Source: an uncultured Planctomycetaceae bacterium (GTDB lineage Bacteria > Planctomycetota > Planctomycetia > Planctomycetales > Planctomycetaceae). Taken from it: a stretch of 64,000 nt of DNA. The notes beneath the pieces were generated by a model, which did not search any database, was not told where the DNA came from, and saw nothing but the letters and a program-made list of their open reading frames with translations. The position numbers and the translations under genes were made by a program. Position 1 is the first letter of the stretch; each line of letters begins with the position of its first letter. Below are positions 9,683 to 18,968 of the stretch, piece after piece. The stretch spans positions 186,001 to 250,000 of the forward strand of contig CAXBME010000006.1 of NCBI GenBank assembly GCA_963976765.1, given 5' to 3'.

Positions 9683-9771
9683 GTCTGCATTTCCGACGGG
9701 CTTTTGATCAGCGGCACAGTTCGGTGACTGACGATCGACACTTTTTTGGGGCACTACGTCGTTGCGCGACG

Positions 9772-10917
9772 TCAGTCGTTGAGCCGGATGATGCGGGGTT
9801 CGATGCGGTAGACCGTTAACGTCGCGGGATGGCGGACGCTGGAGTCGGTCAGTGTGAATTCATCTTTCCCTGTGGCGGCTTCGCTCAGGTCAAGCGAAAC
9901 CTTCAGTGTGCTGGGAGCGATGAACTGGAAAGCTCGCTCCGTCGCCGAAAACGTGACGCGGGCTTCGGTGCGGATCGACTCTGGCAGAGTGACTGCGGCT
10001 GGGACATTGCGATACTCAATGGGAACAACGAACACCCGCTGCACCTGATCACGGTCAGAAGCCATCATGAACCATGCCGCGACGGCGATGAGGACAGACA
10101 ACAGCTTCGTCCTCGGATGACCGCTTGCTCGTGACCAGAAGTTCGGACGCTTAACGGAATCGGTACTCGCCAGATGACCGTTCAATGCTTCCGCCAGATC
10201 GTCTCGCGAAACGTGCCGACGCAGTTCGCCGTGCTGAGCGATGCTGACCTGACCGCGCTCTTCTGAGACGACCAGGATCAACGCGTCCGAACGCTCGGAC
10301 AATCCCAGAGCAGAACGGTGTCGAGTTCCCAGACCGTCAGACTTTTCACGATTTTCAGACAGCGGCAAATGAACGCCGAACCGCGTTACAAACCCGTTCT
10401 GAATGATGACGGCTCCATCGTGTCCGGCCGAATGTGGGTCGAACAGACTATCCAGCAACGGCTGACTGATTCGACCGAGTAATTCTGTGCCGCCGTCCAG
10501 ATGAGTGTCGAGTGGTTCGTCGCCACTCATCACGATCAGCGCGCCACGACGAATCTGCGCCAGGTCGAATACGGTCTTCAGCAATGTGTCGATATGCGTG
10601 GGTGTTGTTGTTCCGGTCCTTCGTCCACGCCAGCGACTGGCCAGCAGAAGTCGCTCAACGGCGCGACGAATATCGTCCTGGAACACAACCACGAAAACCA
10701 CAGCCGCTATCGTCAACCCGAACTGAAACAACATCGTTGTCAGGTGCAGATCGAATTCTTCCGCAATCACGTAAATGGCGGTCAGAATTCCAGACGCAAT
10801 GGCCACGCCACGAGAAGCCGTCGTTTGAATCCACCTTAGAATGACGAAGACACACGCGCTGACGATGAGCATGTCAGCGACATCCGTCAGGTGAACTGTT
10901 TGTAGAAATTCAGGCAT
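9772..10917 (-). CDS. cdaA: Diadenylate cyclase, CdaA-type DAC domain fused to a CdaR/YbbR domain
   Basis: Three N-terminal TMs, FQDDIRR, GALIV, catalytic HDGA and GTRHR, VVSEERG, then a TM (KLLSVLIAVAAWF) and YbbR-like VPIEYRNVP. Confidence 0.9.
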   Translation of the reverse strand: MPEFLQTVHLTDVADMLIVSACVFVILRWIQTTASRGVAIASGILTAIYVIAEEFDLHLTTMLFQFGLTIAAVVFVVVFQDDIRRAVERLLLASRWRGRRTGTTTPTHIDTLLKTVFDLAQIRRGALIVMSGDEPLDTHLDGGTELLGRISQPLLDSLFDPHSAGHDGAVIIQNGFVTRFGVHLPLSENREKSDGLGTRHRSALGLSERSDALILVVSEERGQVSIAQHGELRRHVSRDDLAEALNGHLASTDSVKRPNFWSRASGHPRTKLLSVLIAVAAWFMMASDRDQVQRVFVVPIEYRNVPAAVTLPESIRTEARVTFSATERAFQFIAPSTLKVSLDLSEAATGKDEFTLTDSSVRHPATLTVYRIEPRIIRLND

Positions 10918-10953
10918 GATTCATCCGGACAGAAACTGGCGTGTCGACAAGAG

Positions 10954-12270
10954 CTACGGAGTGGTTGCGGCCAGCGGTTCGAGCATCTCCATAAACAGCA
11001 CAGCAAACCCAAGGAACGATGCAAAACCAACAATATCCGTGACGGTCGTCAGAAAAATGGACGCCGACTGAGCTGGATCTCGACCGAGCGCTTTCAGGAC
11101 CATCGGAATGACCGCTCCCGCCAGTGAAGCCGCGACCATGTTGACAATCATGGCCAGCAGGATGACCAGAGCCAGGCCGACGTTCCATTTCCAGAAATAA
11201 ACAGCGGCAGCTGTAACCACCGCGACGGCAACACCGTTGAGCAAGCCGGCGGTCATTTCCTTCACGATGACGCGTTTGCGGGTTCCACTGAAGATCTCCC
11301 GCAGCGCCAAACCTCGCATCACAATCGCCAGAGACTGAGCACCGCTGTTGCCGCCTTGCCCGGACACGATCGGTAACAACACCGCCAGGGCGGCAATTTT
11401 TGAGATGGTGTCTTCAAAAACGGCAACAACTGCTGCGGCCATAAACGCTGTTACAAGGTTGACAATCAGCCAGGGCAGTCGCCGTTTCACAACGACTGAT
11501 ACCGGCGAAAGTGCCCGCTCGTCGCCGCCAACGCCGACCATTCTTTGCAGGTCTTCGAAGGCTTCAAGCTGCCCGGTTTCCAGAGCTTCGTTGTGCTTCA
11601 CGACTCCGCGCAGGTGCCCATCCAGATCGACGACAGGTAGCGCGAGGAACTTTCGGTCCCGCATCAGCGCAACGACTTCGTTACTCGGCATCGTTTCCGG
11701 AATGGCCAGAACGTTACGATAGACAAGCGGCTCGATCTTTGACGCCGGTTCGCTAAGTAGCAGATCCCGCATGTTGAGCACACCGGCCAGTGAACCATCC
11801 CGCTTTGTGACATACAGATAGTGCAGCGCGTCCCGCCTGGCTTTACGAATGGCGGCTGTCGCTTCCTCAACGGTCAGGTCGATCGGGAACGAGACGACTC
11901 GCGGCTCCATCATTGCTCCGGCTGTTTCTGCTGGATAAGCGAAGAGTTCGCGGAGCTGCCTGGCCGTCTGGTCAGGCAATTGTTCCAGCATTCTTTCCCG
12001 TACGTCGCTGACGAGATGATGAACGATGGCCGAGGCTGGCCGAGGAGCGATTGCACTGAGCAATCTCAGAGCGTGATCAGGTTCCAGTCGCTCAAAGATC
12101 GGAGCGACGATGTGGGGATTCAGCCGTTCGGCAAGATTTGCTGCCACCGGTTCGGGTAACGTTTCGAATAGCTGTCCGGCCTCTTCGACGGGCAGGGATT
12201 CGAGAGATCTCGCTGCGTCTTCCGGGTGCAGTTCAACGAACGTTCGCAGCAGGGACTCAAGTGGTTTCAC
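10954..12270 (-). CDS. mgtE: Magnesium transporter MgtE
   Basis: MgtE N domain, CBS pair (ETAGAMM, YLYV, LALPVVD), RLPWLIVNL, GGNSGAQS, LTTVTDIVGF; likely GTG start at 12270. Confidence 0.93.
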   Translation of the reverse strand: MKPLESLLRTFVELHPEDAARSLESLPVEEAGQLFETLPEPVAANLAERLNPHIVAPIFERLEPDHALRLLSAIAPRPASAIVHHLVSDVRERMLEQLPDQTARQLRELFAYPAETAGAMMEPRVVSFPIDLTVEEATAAIRKARRDALHYLYVTKRDGSLAGVLNMRDLLLSEPASKIEPLVYRNVLAIPETMPSNEVVALMRDRKFLALPVVDLDGHLRGVVKHNEALETGQLEAFEDLQRMVGVGGDERALSPVSVVVKRRLPWLIVNLVTAFMAAAVVAVFEDTISKIAALAVLLPIVSGQGGNSGAQSLAIVMRGLALREIFSGTRKRVIVKEMTAGLLNGVAVAVVTAAAVYFWKWNVGLALVILLAMIVNMVAASLAGAVIPMVLKALGRDPAQSASIFLTTVTDIVGFASFLGFAVLFMEMLEPLAATTP

Positions 12271-12582
12271 GAGTTCAGTATCCAGTATTCGCTGTCTGAG
12301 GGTGAAAGCGGCCTTACAAAGTGGCGTTGTGTGGAAGGTACGGCGGGCAGTCTCAACTCGATAGACCACTTTTGGCACGCCGGTGACCGGGTGGCGCAGT
12401 ACCCCTGGAAAGCGGATCCGGACCGGTCCAAATCAAGATTTCCGTCGCCGGGTGGCCCTGGCGAAAGACGCAAAACGTAATTTGGTGGCGGCACACGTTA
12501 TTTGCCCTCACGCCGATTCGAAATCGACGTTACATTCAGTCTGTTTTCTCAAATCGCTGCCTCTAAGGACAAGGTACACACC

Positions 12583-13038
12583 ATGACATCTTCCCGGCTT
12601 CCCAGGAGCACCGGCACCCGCGGTGAGATCCCTGCCGCAGTGGAAGAACTTCGTCGCATTCAGGATCAGAAGATCGAGCGCATCCGTTCGGCAGTTGACT
12701 CCGTGAATGCTGAACTTTCAGACTCACTCGACAAAGAAGGACGACAGGAGCTTGCTTCGGTGATTGGCGACATCGCCGACGATCTTCGTAGCCTCATTCA
12801 ACGAAAGCTGGACGCCGGATTTTATGACGGCTTCGAAGGAACCAACGATCATGTGCAGGAGCGTTCTGCTCGTTTGATCTCGGATTACCGTCGGCTACTC
12901 AGCGAACTGAGGAACGCCCGCCATGAAGTTTCTGCTGGTAAACCTCGCAAGACTCAACGTCAGCTGACTTCCTGGCTGAACCACTTCAGCGACCTGATCG
13001 ACCGCGAAACCGAACTGGTTGCCGAGTTGTGGAAGTAG
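12583..13038 (+). CDS. Hypothetical four-helix protein, degenerate hemerythrin-like
   Basis: AAGG RBS and ATG 12583; helical pattern with hemerythrin-like spacing but no His ligands. Confidence 0.6.
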   Translation: MTSSRLPRSTGTRGEIPAAVEELRRIQDQKIERIRSAVDSVNAELSDSLDKEGRQELASVIGDIADDLRSLIQRKLDAGFYDGFEGTNDHVQERSARLISDYRRLLSELRNARHEVSAGKPRKTQRQLTSWLNHFSDLIDRETELVAELWK

Positions 13039-13158
13039 CTGCCGGCGACAAAGTACCGTTCAACGCGAGACGGGAGGGCGAAGTGATCGCGGAGCAATGG
13101 GGGGCTCTCCCGAGTTTCCTGCCGCGTGACCTGAGCCCTCTTTTCTTTACCACATTCA

Positions 13159-13208
13159 GAAACGTGCCTGTCTGGCGACTTTAGAAGTCGCGAAGACAGG
13201 CACGTTTC
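13159..13208. repeat. Long palindromic REP-like hairpin
   Basis: GAAACGTGCCTGTCT...AGACAGGCACGTTTC (15-bp perfect arms) with an inner GCGACT/AGTCGC stem. Confidence 0.7.
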
Positions 13209-13283
13209 GCGTTACGGAATTCGAATTCTTATTCGAAACACTGTTCATTCGAAGGAGCAGGAAAGAACTGAATTCCAGACTCC

Positions 13284-13603
13284 ATTTCAAAGAGTGACTT
13301 TTCAAAAGTACGCGCCGAACTTGAAGCAAAGCTGCTCTCACTCAACGAGTGAGCGGACGAGATCGACGAAGATCTCAGTGAAACTCCCGAGCCGATTGGG
13401 GTGAAAACGCCACTCACACAGAGCAGGGCGAAGTTCTGGAACGCGTCGGAAAGGCGACCAACGACGAAATCGCTCAGATCAAACGGGCTCTGACACAGAT
13501 TGATGCCGGATGCTACGGAGTGTGTACCGAGTGCGCCACAGTCATTGATGCCGAGCGGCTGGAAGCACTGCCGTTTTCAACTCGCTGTGTGAAGTACAGC
13601 TAA
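13284..13603 (+). pseudogene. TraR/DksA C4-type zinc-finger pseudogene
   Basis: Reconstruction (ATT)SKSDFSKVRAELEAKLLSLNE*ADEIDEDLSETP / DWGENATHTEQGEVLE...EIAQIKRALTQIDAGCYGVCTECATVIDAERLEALPFSTRCVKY. TGA at 13350, frameshift near 13390, ATT start, last Cys replaced by Tyr. Confidence 0.85.
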
Positions 13604-13630
13604 CTAACACGTACCACGAACAGGACAACT

Positions 13631-14338
13631 ATGAAGACTGAATTTGACGTTCGCATCGTCACCATCGATGTGCTGGAGAAACTCTCCGAAAGCTGGCAGG
13701 ACAGTCACTTCTCTGAGATGCTCCTGAAGATGGATTACGGCGACACGTCTGAGATGTCGTCCGCCGAGCTGCGAGAAATGACTCTGATGTCACTTCAGGA
13801 ACGCGATCCGGCAGAAGCGGCGGAAGTTGTTCTGAAATGTCGCTTCGGCGATCGCCTGCGTGATGGTCAGATCAAAAACTGTTCTCACGAGATGCTCGAT
13901 GAAAAATTGTGGGAGCATTATGCGGAAATGTCGCTCCACGCGGACTTCTTCCACGCTGGCAGCCTTCTGTTTGAGGCCTTCCCCCGCGAATTCCCAACGC
14001 CCGATGCCGTACGAATTCAATTGGAAGTGCAGGCTCGAAATGCCGCCGGTATTGAGATTCTCAGTCACCCCGTCGCGGAACCATTCGTCGTGCGACTGCT
14101 TGCTGATGGCATGTCGGAAACGGCCTTGCTGCACCGCCTGTTCGAAGACAAGCTGGCTGACGGTCATTTTCCCGAGTCCAAGTCCATCCTCTGGATCATG
14201 CACCAGGAAATGCTGAACAAGACCACGCTCCGGCTGGAAGTCATCAGCTCCGGCTACTGGCTCGACCCGCTGAACGACGTGGATGCCTACATGAGCAACA
14301 CTCCGAACCGCGGTCTGTCCACCGGGACGGTTCACTGA
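13631..14338 (+). CDS. Hypothetical protein
   Basis: 235-aa ORF with AGGA RBS and protein-like composition; no family recognised. Confidence 0.8.
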   Translation: MKTEFDVRIVTIDVLEKLSESWQDSHFSEMLLKMDYGDTSEMSSAELREMTLMSLQERDPAEAAEVVLKCRFGDRLRDGQIKNCSHEMLDEKLWEHYAEMSLHADFFHAGSLLFEAFPREFPTPDAVRIQLEVQARNAAGIEILSHPVAEPFVVRLLADGMSETALLHRLFEDKLADGHFPESKSILWIMHQEMLNKTTLRLEVISSGYWLDPLNDVDAYMSNTPNRGLSTGTVH

Positions 14339-14356
14339 GAAATTCCTGCTCGCTTT

Positions 14357-15463
14357 TCAGTATCCGGTTTTGGAACCGTCCTTCGAAGACTTCTGCGGAC
14401 GACCGATCCAGCCGATTCGCCGGAAGTAGAAAATCATTCCGCCGGCAGTCGACAGCATGACGAACCAAAGCAGCGGATAGGCCCAGGGCATCTTCAGCTC
14501 GGGCATCGCTTCAAAGTTCATGCCGTAGATTCCGGCCATAAATGTGAGCGGAATAAAAATACTCGCCATGATGGTGAGCACTTTCATGATGTCGTTCGTG
14601 CGGTTGCCGGTTGTCGACAGGTAAGTGCTGAGCAGCCCCGAGGCAAGTTCGCGGAAGCTGTCCACCACGTCTGCCACCTGCACAGTGTGGTTGTGAGTGT
14701 CTCGCAGAAAGACTCGCACGTTGTCGCTCACGAACTGACTGTCTTCAGTCGCCAATCGGTGAATCGCGTCGCATTGTGGCCAGATGGCTCGGCGAAGCAT
14801 CATCAGCTCTCGCCGCACCTGATTGATCTCTTCCAGGGTCGAAGGGATCGGTTCTGAAATGCACGCTTCTTCCAATGAGCCAAGCCACTCGGCGTACTGA
14901 TCCAGCACGGGGAAGAAACCGTCGACAATGCAGTCGATGATTGCGTACGCAACGTAGTCTGGCCCGTTCGAACGGATTGGTCGACCGTGACCGGCTCTCA
15001 TTCGTGCGCGAATCGGGTCGAGGATGTCGCCGGACTTTTCCTGGATGGTCATCACAAAGTTCCGGCCCCAGATAATGCAGACCTGTTCAACGATCAGGTC
15101 GACCCCGTCTTCGGAAACGCGAACCATCCTTGTAACGAACTGCTGATAGGTGTCGTGAATTTCCGTCTTCGGACGCGACGGAACATTCGCCAGGTCCTCC
15201 AGCGTGAGCAGGTGCAGTGAAAAAATCGCGGCGATACGCCGCAGTGTGGACTCGCTACCGAGCCCCTGGATGTCGATCCAGAAGCAGTGTTCAGAATCGT
15301 GAACCGATGCCAGCAACTCAACATCGTCGATGCTGCGCTCTTCCAGAGTCGTCGGCGTAAACTCCATGACGTGAATCGCTGGCGGAGGCGAATCGGCAGG
15401 AATCATCAACGTACCGGGACGTGCCCCGGCAGGTGGATGTCGTTTCTGATAGGCGGGTTTCAC
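14357..15463 (-). CDS. corA: Magnesium/cobalt transporter CorA
   Basis: GARPGTL, WIDIQGL, DYVAYAIID, NDIMKVLT, signature GIYGMNF and MPEL. Confidence 0.96.
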   Translation of the reverse strand: MKPAYQKRHPPAGARPGTLMIPADSPPPAIHVMEFTPTTLEERSIDDVELLASVHDSEHCFWIDIQGLGSESTLRRIAAIFSLHLLTLEDLANVPSRPKTEIHDTYQQFVTRMVRVSEDGVDLIVEQVCIIWGRNFVMTIQEKSGDILDPIRARMRAGHGRPIRSNGPDYVAYAIIDCIVDGFFPVLDQYAEWLGSLEEACISEPIPSTLEEINQVRRELMMLRRAIWPQCDAIHRLATEDSQFVSDNVRVFLRDTHNHTVQVADVVDSFRELASGLLSTYLSTTGNRTNDIMKVLTIMASIFIPLTFMAGIYGMNFEAMPELKMPWAYPLLWFVMLSTAGGMIFYFRRIGWIGRPQKSSKDGSKTGY

Positions 15464-15566
15464 GGACGCTCTTCCTGCTCGAAGCTCATGAGATGTCTTG
15501 CGGCAACTTCGACAACTGCCTCAACTGAAACAGCAACTGAAAATTCAGCCAAGTGCCCACTGCCTG

Positions 15567-16076
15567 TCAGGAGCGAGGAGTTTCGCGACCGGTCAGCAAC
15601 TTCAGAATGTCCAGAGTGCTGATAATCCCGACCGGGTGTTCCCCTTCGGTCACAACGATCCGGTGAACGTTGTGGTCGGACATGAGTTCCATCACCTGCT
15701 CGACCGGCGTTGCCGGTTCGCAGGTAATGACTTTTCGACGCATGGCATCACGGACCTTCATGGAGTCGACCTGCCCACGGAACGACAGATTGTCCGGCAT
15801 TCCATCGTTGTTCTCATCGGCAGATTCGAGCATCGGCCCGCTCGACAGAAGTTCGTTGTAAACGTAGTTGGTCATTGAATCCATCAACGCCGGCAGTCGT
15901 ACGATGTCGTTCTGAGTGACAATGCCGATCATACGTCCGTCTTCAACGACAGGCATCCCGCTGATGTGTCGATCTTCAAGCCGATCTTCCAGCTTGCTGA
16001 CGGTATCTTCCGGATCAGCACACAGAACGGGCGTGTGCATGACCTGCGAGGCGATAATTCCTGAAACATCTTTCAT
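15567..16076 (-). CDS. Stand-alone CBS-pair protein
   Basis: HISGMPVVEDGRMIGIVTQNDI and VHRIVVTEGEHPVGIISTLDIL; start MKDVSG at 16076. Confidence 0.9.
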   Translation of the reverse strand: MKDVSGIIASQVMHTPVLCADPEDTVSKLEDRLEDRHISGMPVVEDGRMIGIVTQNDIVRLPALMDSMTNYVYNELLSSGPMLESADENNDGMPDNLSFRGQVDSMKVRDAMRRKVITCEPATPVEQVMELMSDHNVHRIVVTEGEHPVGIISTLDILKLLTGRETPRS

Positions 16077-16147
16077 AAAAGCACTCCTGAGTATTAGCCC
16101 ATCCTGCAGAAACCGAAGGCGACAGTCCATAGTCTTACGGCTTTCCA

Positions 16148-16164
16148 CGCAGCTTGCATGCCGA
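16148..16164 (-). promoter_or_regulatory. Possible sigma54 promoter for the CBS-corA genes
   Basis: Minus strand TCGGCATGCAAGCTGCG has the GG-N10-GC spacing, about 70 bp upstream of the CBS ATG. Confidence 0.3.
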
Positions 16165-16423
16165 TTGGCATCTTCGTCCGAAAAGTAAAGATCATCGAGC
16201 AACTTTCCGGTAAATCGGCTGATAACTAGCCACTTTGAGCAGTGGGTGACCATTTTCGAATCGATCTCCTACGATTCTGCACTGAATTCACGATCCAATC
16301 GATAATCGCAACATTCAGCCACTTTCATGCTTTGCTGACTGCGGCTAGTCATCCTCGTTATCGGTGATCGTCTACAATCAACATTTGACGCGACCAACAC
16401 CCGACGCGACACGGAGCACCGGC

Positions 16424-17251
16424 ATGACAATCACGAAGATTGAACGAATGGACCCTCGATCAGGAACCGATGCAAAGTTCAGCTTCACTGCAGCGGGATT
16501 CTCATCCCAGGGAGTTGGGCGGGATCACAATGAAGATGCGTGGTTCGTCTCACCCGACGTCGATGTCATGATCGTTGCTGACGGAGTTGGTGGACACGAC
16601 GACGGCGAAATGGCCAGTCGCCTGGCCATTAAACAGTTTGTGCAGCGAGTGCGACTCAGCCGTGACCGGTTTCTGGATTTTGATCCAGATTCGGAAGACT
16701 CGACAGCCGCCGCTGCCAGCATCGTAGACTGCATCAAGGATTCGCTGCGAACAGCCAACGACATCGTCAGCGCCCTCGGGACGGATCAGGATTCGGGTGG
16801 ACCGGGAACAACGCTGGTGCTGGCAGTTCGTGTCGGACGCACTTTATTTGTTGCTTCTGTCGGTGACAGTCGCGTTTACCATCTGCGAGCAGGCAGTCTC
16901 AAACAACTGACAATTGACGATTCATGGGTGGAGATTCTGGTCCAGTCAGGCTTGATCAATCGGGATGAGGCGCGGACTCATCCGAAACGAAACCTCATCC
17001 TGCTGGCTTTGGGGCAAAGCGACTTTGAAGCCGACGCCGAGGAAGTCAATGTCGTCCGCATGGAGCCTGGTGATCGGTTCCTGTTGAGCAGCGACGGAGT
17101 CCACGACGCTCTGGACCACCACGTCATCGAAAGCCTGGCTGCAGAGTCATCTGGCCCCAAAAATCTTGCGGTCGATCTGGTTCAGCAAGCGGTGCAGGCT
17201 GGCTCTAAAGACGACGTTACATGCATTGTCATGGACGTGGCCAACGTCTGA
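16424..17251 (+). CDS. PP2C/PrpC-type Ser/Thr protein phosphatase
   Basis: GRDHNED, VADGVGG, GTTL, VGDSRVY, LLSSDGV, GSKDDVT. Confidence 0.93.
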   Translation: MTITKIERMDPRSGTDAKFSFTAAGFSSQGVGRDHNEDAWFVSPDVDVMIVADGVGGHDDGEMASRLAIKQFVQRVRLSRDRFLDFDPDSEDSTAAAASIVDCIKDSLRTANDIVSALGTDQDSGGPGTTLVLAVRVGRTLFVASVGDSRVYHLRAGSLKQLTIDDSWVEILVQSGLINRDEARTHPKRNLILLALGQSDFEADAEEVNVVRMEPGDRFLLSSDGVHDALDHHVIESLAAESSGPKNLAVDLVQQAVQAGSKDDVTCIVMDVANV

Positions 17252-17478
17252 CGACTCGTCTTCAGCGAGTCGGTCGTGTCCACTGGGAACCCGATGAATC
17301 ATCTACGTTAGCAGACTGCCTTCGCAGCTCCCGGCTCCGACCTGGAACTACATCATGCTGGCACCCGCAGAGCTTGTACGCGTATTCTCGTCGCCGGTTG
17401 CTCGCAGGCGAGCTTACTGTCCCGCCCAAATCCTCAGAGAGCCACTCTCACCACTCAACTTACCGGAGTCCATCTGCC

Positions 17479-18525
17479 ATGCCGACCTTTTCCGTTTCCG
17501 ATCTTCAGGCTCTCGCAAATCGAGTTCTGGAAGCTGCCGGAACTCCCGCTGCTGATGCGGAAATCGTTTCAAAAGAATTGTCCGAGGCGAACGCAGTCGG
17601 CCATGACAGCCACGGCGTGATGCGACTGATGCAGTACGTTCAGATGATCGACGATGGCTTTGTGAAACTCGGAGCACCAGTCGAGACCGTGCGGTCCGGA
17701 GGCTCGTTCACCGTCCTGGATGCCGGTTTCAACTTTGGTCAGGTCGCGGCCAGTCTGGCGGTTGAACGCGGAGTCGAACTTGCCCGAAACGTCGGTACGG
17801 CAACGGTCATGATCCGCAACTGCAACCATGTCGGTCGGCTGGGCTCATACTCAAAAAAAGCTGCCGAACAGGGCTGCACAACCACGATGGCGGTAAATGC
17901 TCCCGGCCCCGGTGGTGTCGCCCCGTTCGGCGGCATCGAACGACGGCTCGGGACGAACCCCATCTCGATGTCCGCTCCGTGGGGAGATTCGTCGCTGGTT
18001 CTGGACATGACGACCAGCGCGACCGCAGAAGGCAAAGTTCGAGTCGCGCTGCAGAAAGGCGATCAGGTTCCTGAAGGCTGGATCATCGATTCCGAAGGCA
18101 ACCCGACGACCAACCCCCAGAAGTTCTACGACGGTGGCGCGCTGCTGCCGCTGGGCGGCCCGCTTGGTTTCAAAGGCTCGGGCATGTCGATGATGATTGA
18201 CGTCTTTGGTGGGATGCTTTCAGGAAGTGGGATCTGCAGAACCGATCTGCCGCGAGGTGCCAACGGTGTCTGGATGTACTTTGTCGATGTCAAACAGTTC
18301 ATCGACCGCGCCGAGTACGACGCTCTGATGGACAGGTATGTCGACTCGCTGAAGAGCTGCCGCAAGCTGCCGGGCGTCGAAGAGATCCTGCTGCCGGGAG
18401 AAATCGAACTCCGCCGCGACGCTCAACGTCGGTCCGAAGGCGTTCCCATTCCAGACGAAACCTGGCGACAGATCAACGAACTGGCCGACCGACTGGGAGC
18501 GGACCTGTCCGGGTTCGACAGCTAA
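17479..18525 (+). CDS. Ldh_2 family oxidoreductase (malate/L-lactate/ureidoglycolate dehydrogenase type 2)
   Basis: GHDSHGV, NHVGRLG, LGTNPI, LDMTTS, GFKGSG, LPGE; start MPTFS at 17479. Confidence 0.93.
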   Translation: MPTFSVSDLQALANRVLEAAGTPAADAEIVSKELSEANAVGHDSHGVMRLMQYVQMIDDGFVKLGAPVETVRSGGSFTVLDAGFNFGQVAASLAVERGVELARNVGTATVMIRNCNHVGRLGSYSKKAAEQGCTTTMAVNAPGPGGVAPFGGIERRLGTNPISMSAPWGDSSLVLDMTTSATAEGKVRVALQKGDQVPEGWIIDSEGNPTTNPQKFYDGGALLPLGGPLGFKGSGMSMMIDVFGGMLSGSGICRTDLPRGANGVWMYFVDVKQFIDRAEYDALMDRYVDSLKSCRKLPGVEEILLPGEIELRRDAQRRSEGVPIPDETWRQINELADRLGADLSGFDS

Positions 18526-18584
18526 CCGTAGGATTTGCTGCCGCCTTACGACCAGCACTCAACATTGCCTTTAAGGAACCGACC

Positions 18585-18830
18585 ATGTCCGACAAACCAA
18601 CGATCGCCGGCAAAGCTCCCATCAAAGTGTCGCTGGAAGCTGGAAAGAAATACGCATTCTGCACCTGCGGCCTTTCCGAAGGGCAGCCCTTCTGCGATGG
18701 CAAGCACAAGGGCACATCATTCGTTCCCAACGTGTTCACCGCCGAGAAAGACGAAGATGCTCACCTCTGCGCCTGTAAACACACCGGCAACGAACCTCGC
18801 TGCGACGGCACTCACAAGAACCTCGATTGA
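18585..18830 (+). CDS. CDGSH iron-sulfur protein with two domains (MiNT/CISD3-like)
   Basis: CTCGLSEGQPFCDGKH and CACKHTGNEPRCDGTH. Confidence 0.92.
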   Translation: MSDKPTIAGKAPIKVSLEAGKKYAFCTCGLSEGQPFCDGKHKGTSFVPNVFTAEKDEDAHLCACKHTGNEPRCDGTHKNLD

Positions 18831-18854
18831 GTTTTTGCCTTGTCCAGTCTTAAC

Positions 18855-18934
18855 CGCAGAGATCGCCGAGGAAAATTGCTGAGTTCGCGACGATGGCTCT
18901 CCTTTTTCACTGCGAGTCCTCAGTGATCTCTGCG
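18855..18934. repeat. Imperfect inverted repeat (REP/MITE-like or terminator)
   Basis: CGCAGAGATCGCCGAGGA ... TCCTCAGTGATCTCTGCG, 16/18 match; both mismatches can pair as G:U. Confidence 0.55.
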
Positions 18935-18968
18935 TTCCGTTCTTCTGGAATAGAAAGCCCCGCCTCCG

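Noticed and set aside
12270..12500. M-box (ykoK) or c-di-AMP riboswitch upstream of mgtE
   Set aside because: I could not find the conserved blocks on the minus strand by eye; an Infernal/Rfam scan would be decisive.
12373..12505. Sigma54 promoters at TGGCACG/GGCACAC upstream of the hemerythrin-like gene
   Set aside because: The GG-N10-GC spacing is not satisfied.
13350..13352. Selenocysteine or readthrough at the TGA in the TraR/DksA remnant
   Set aside because: The position is in the coiled coil, not at a Cys site, and the gene has other disabling lesions.
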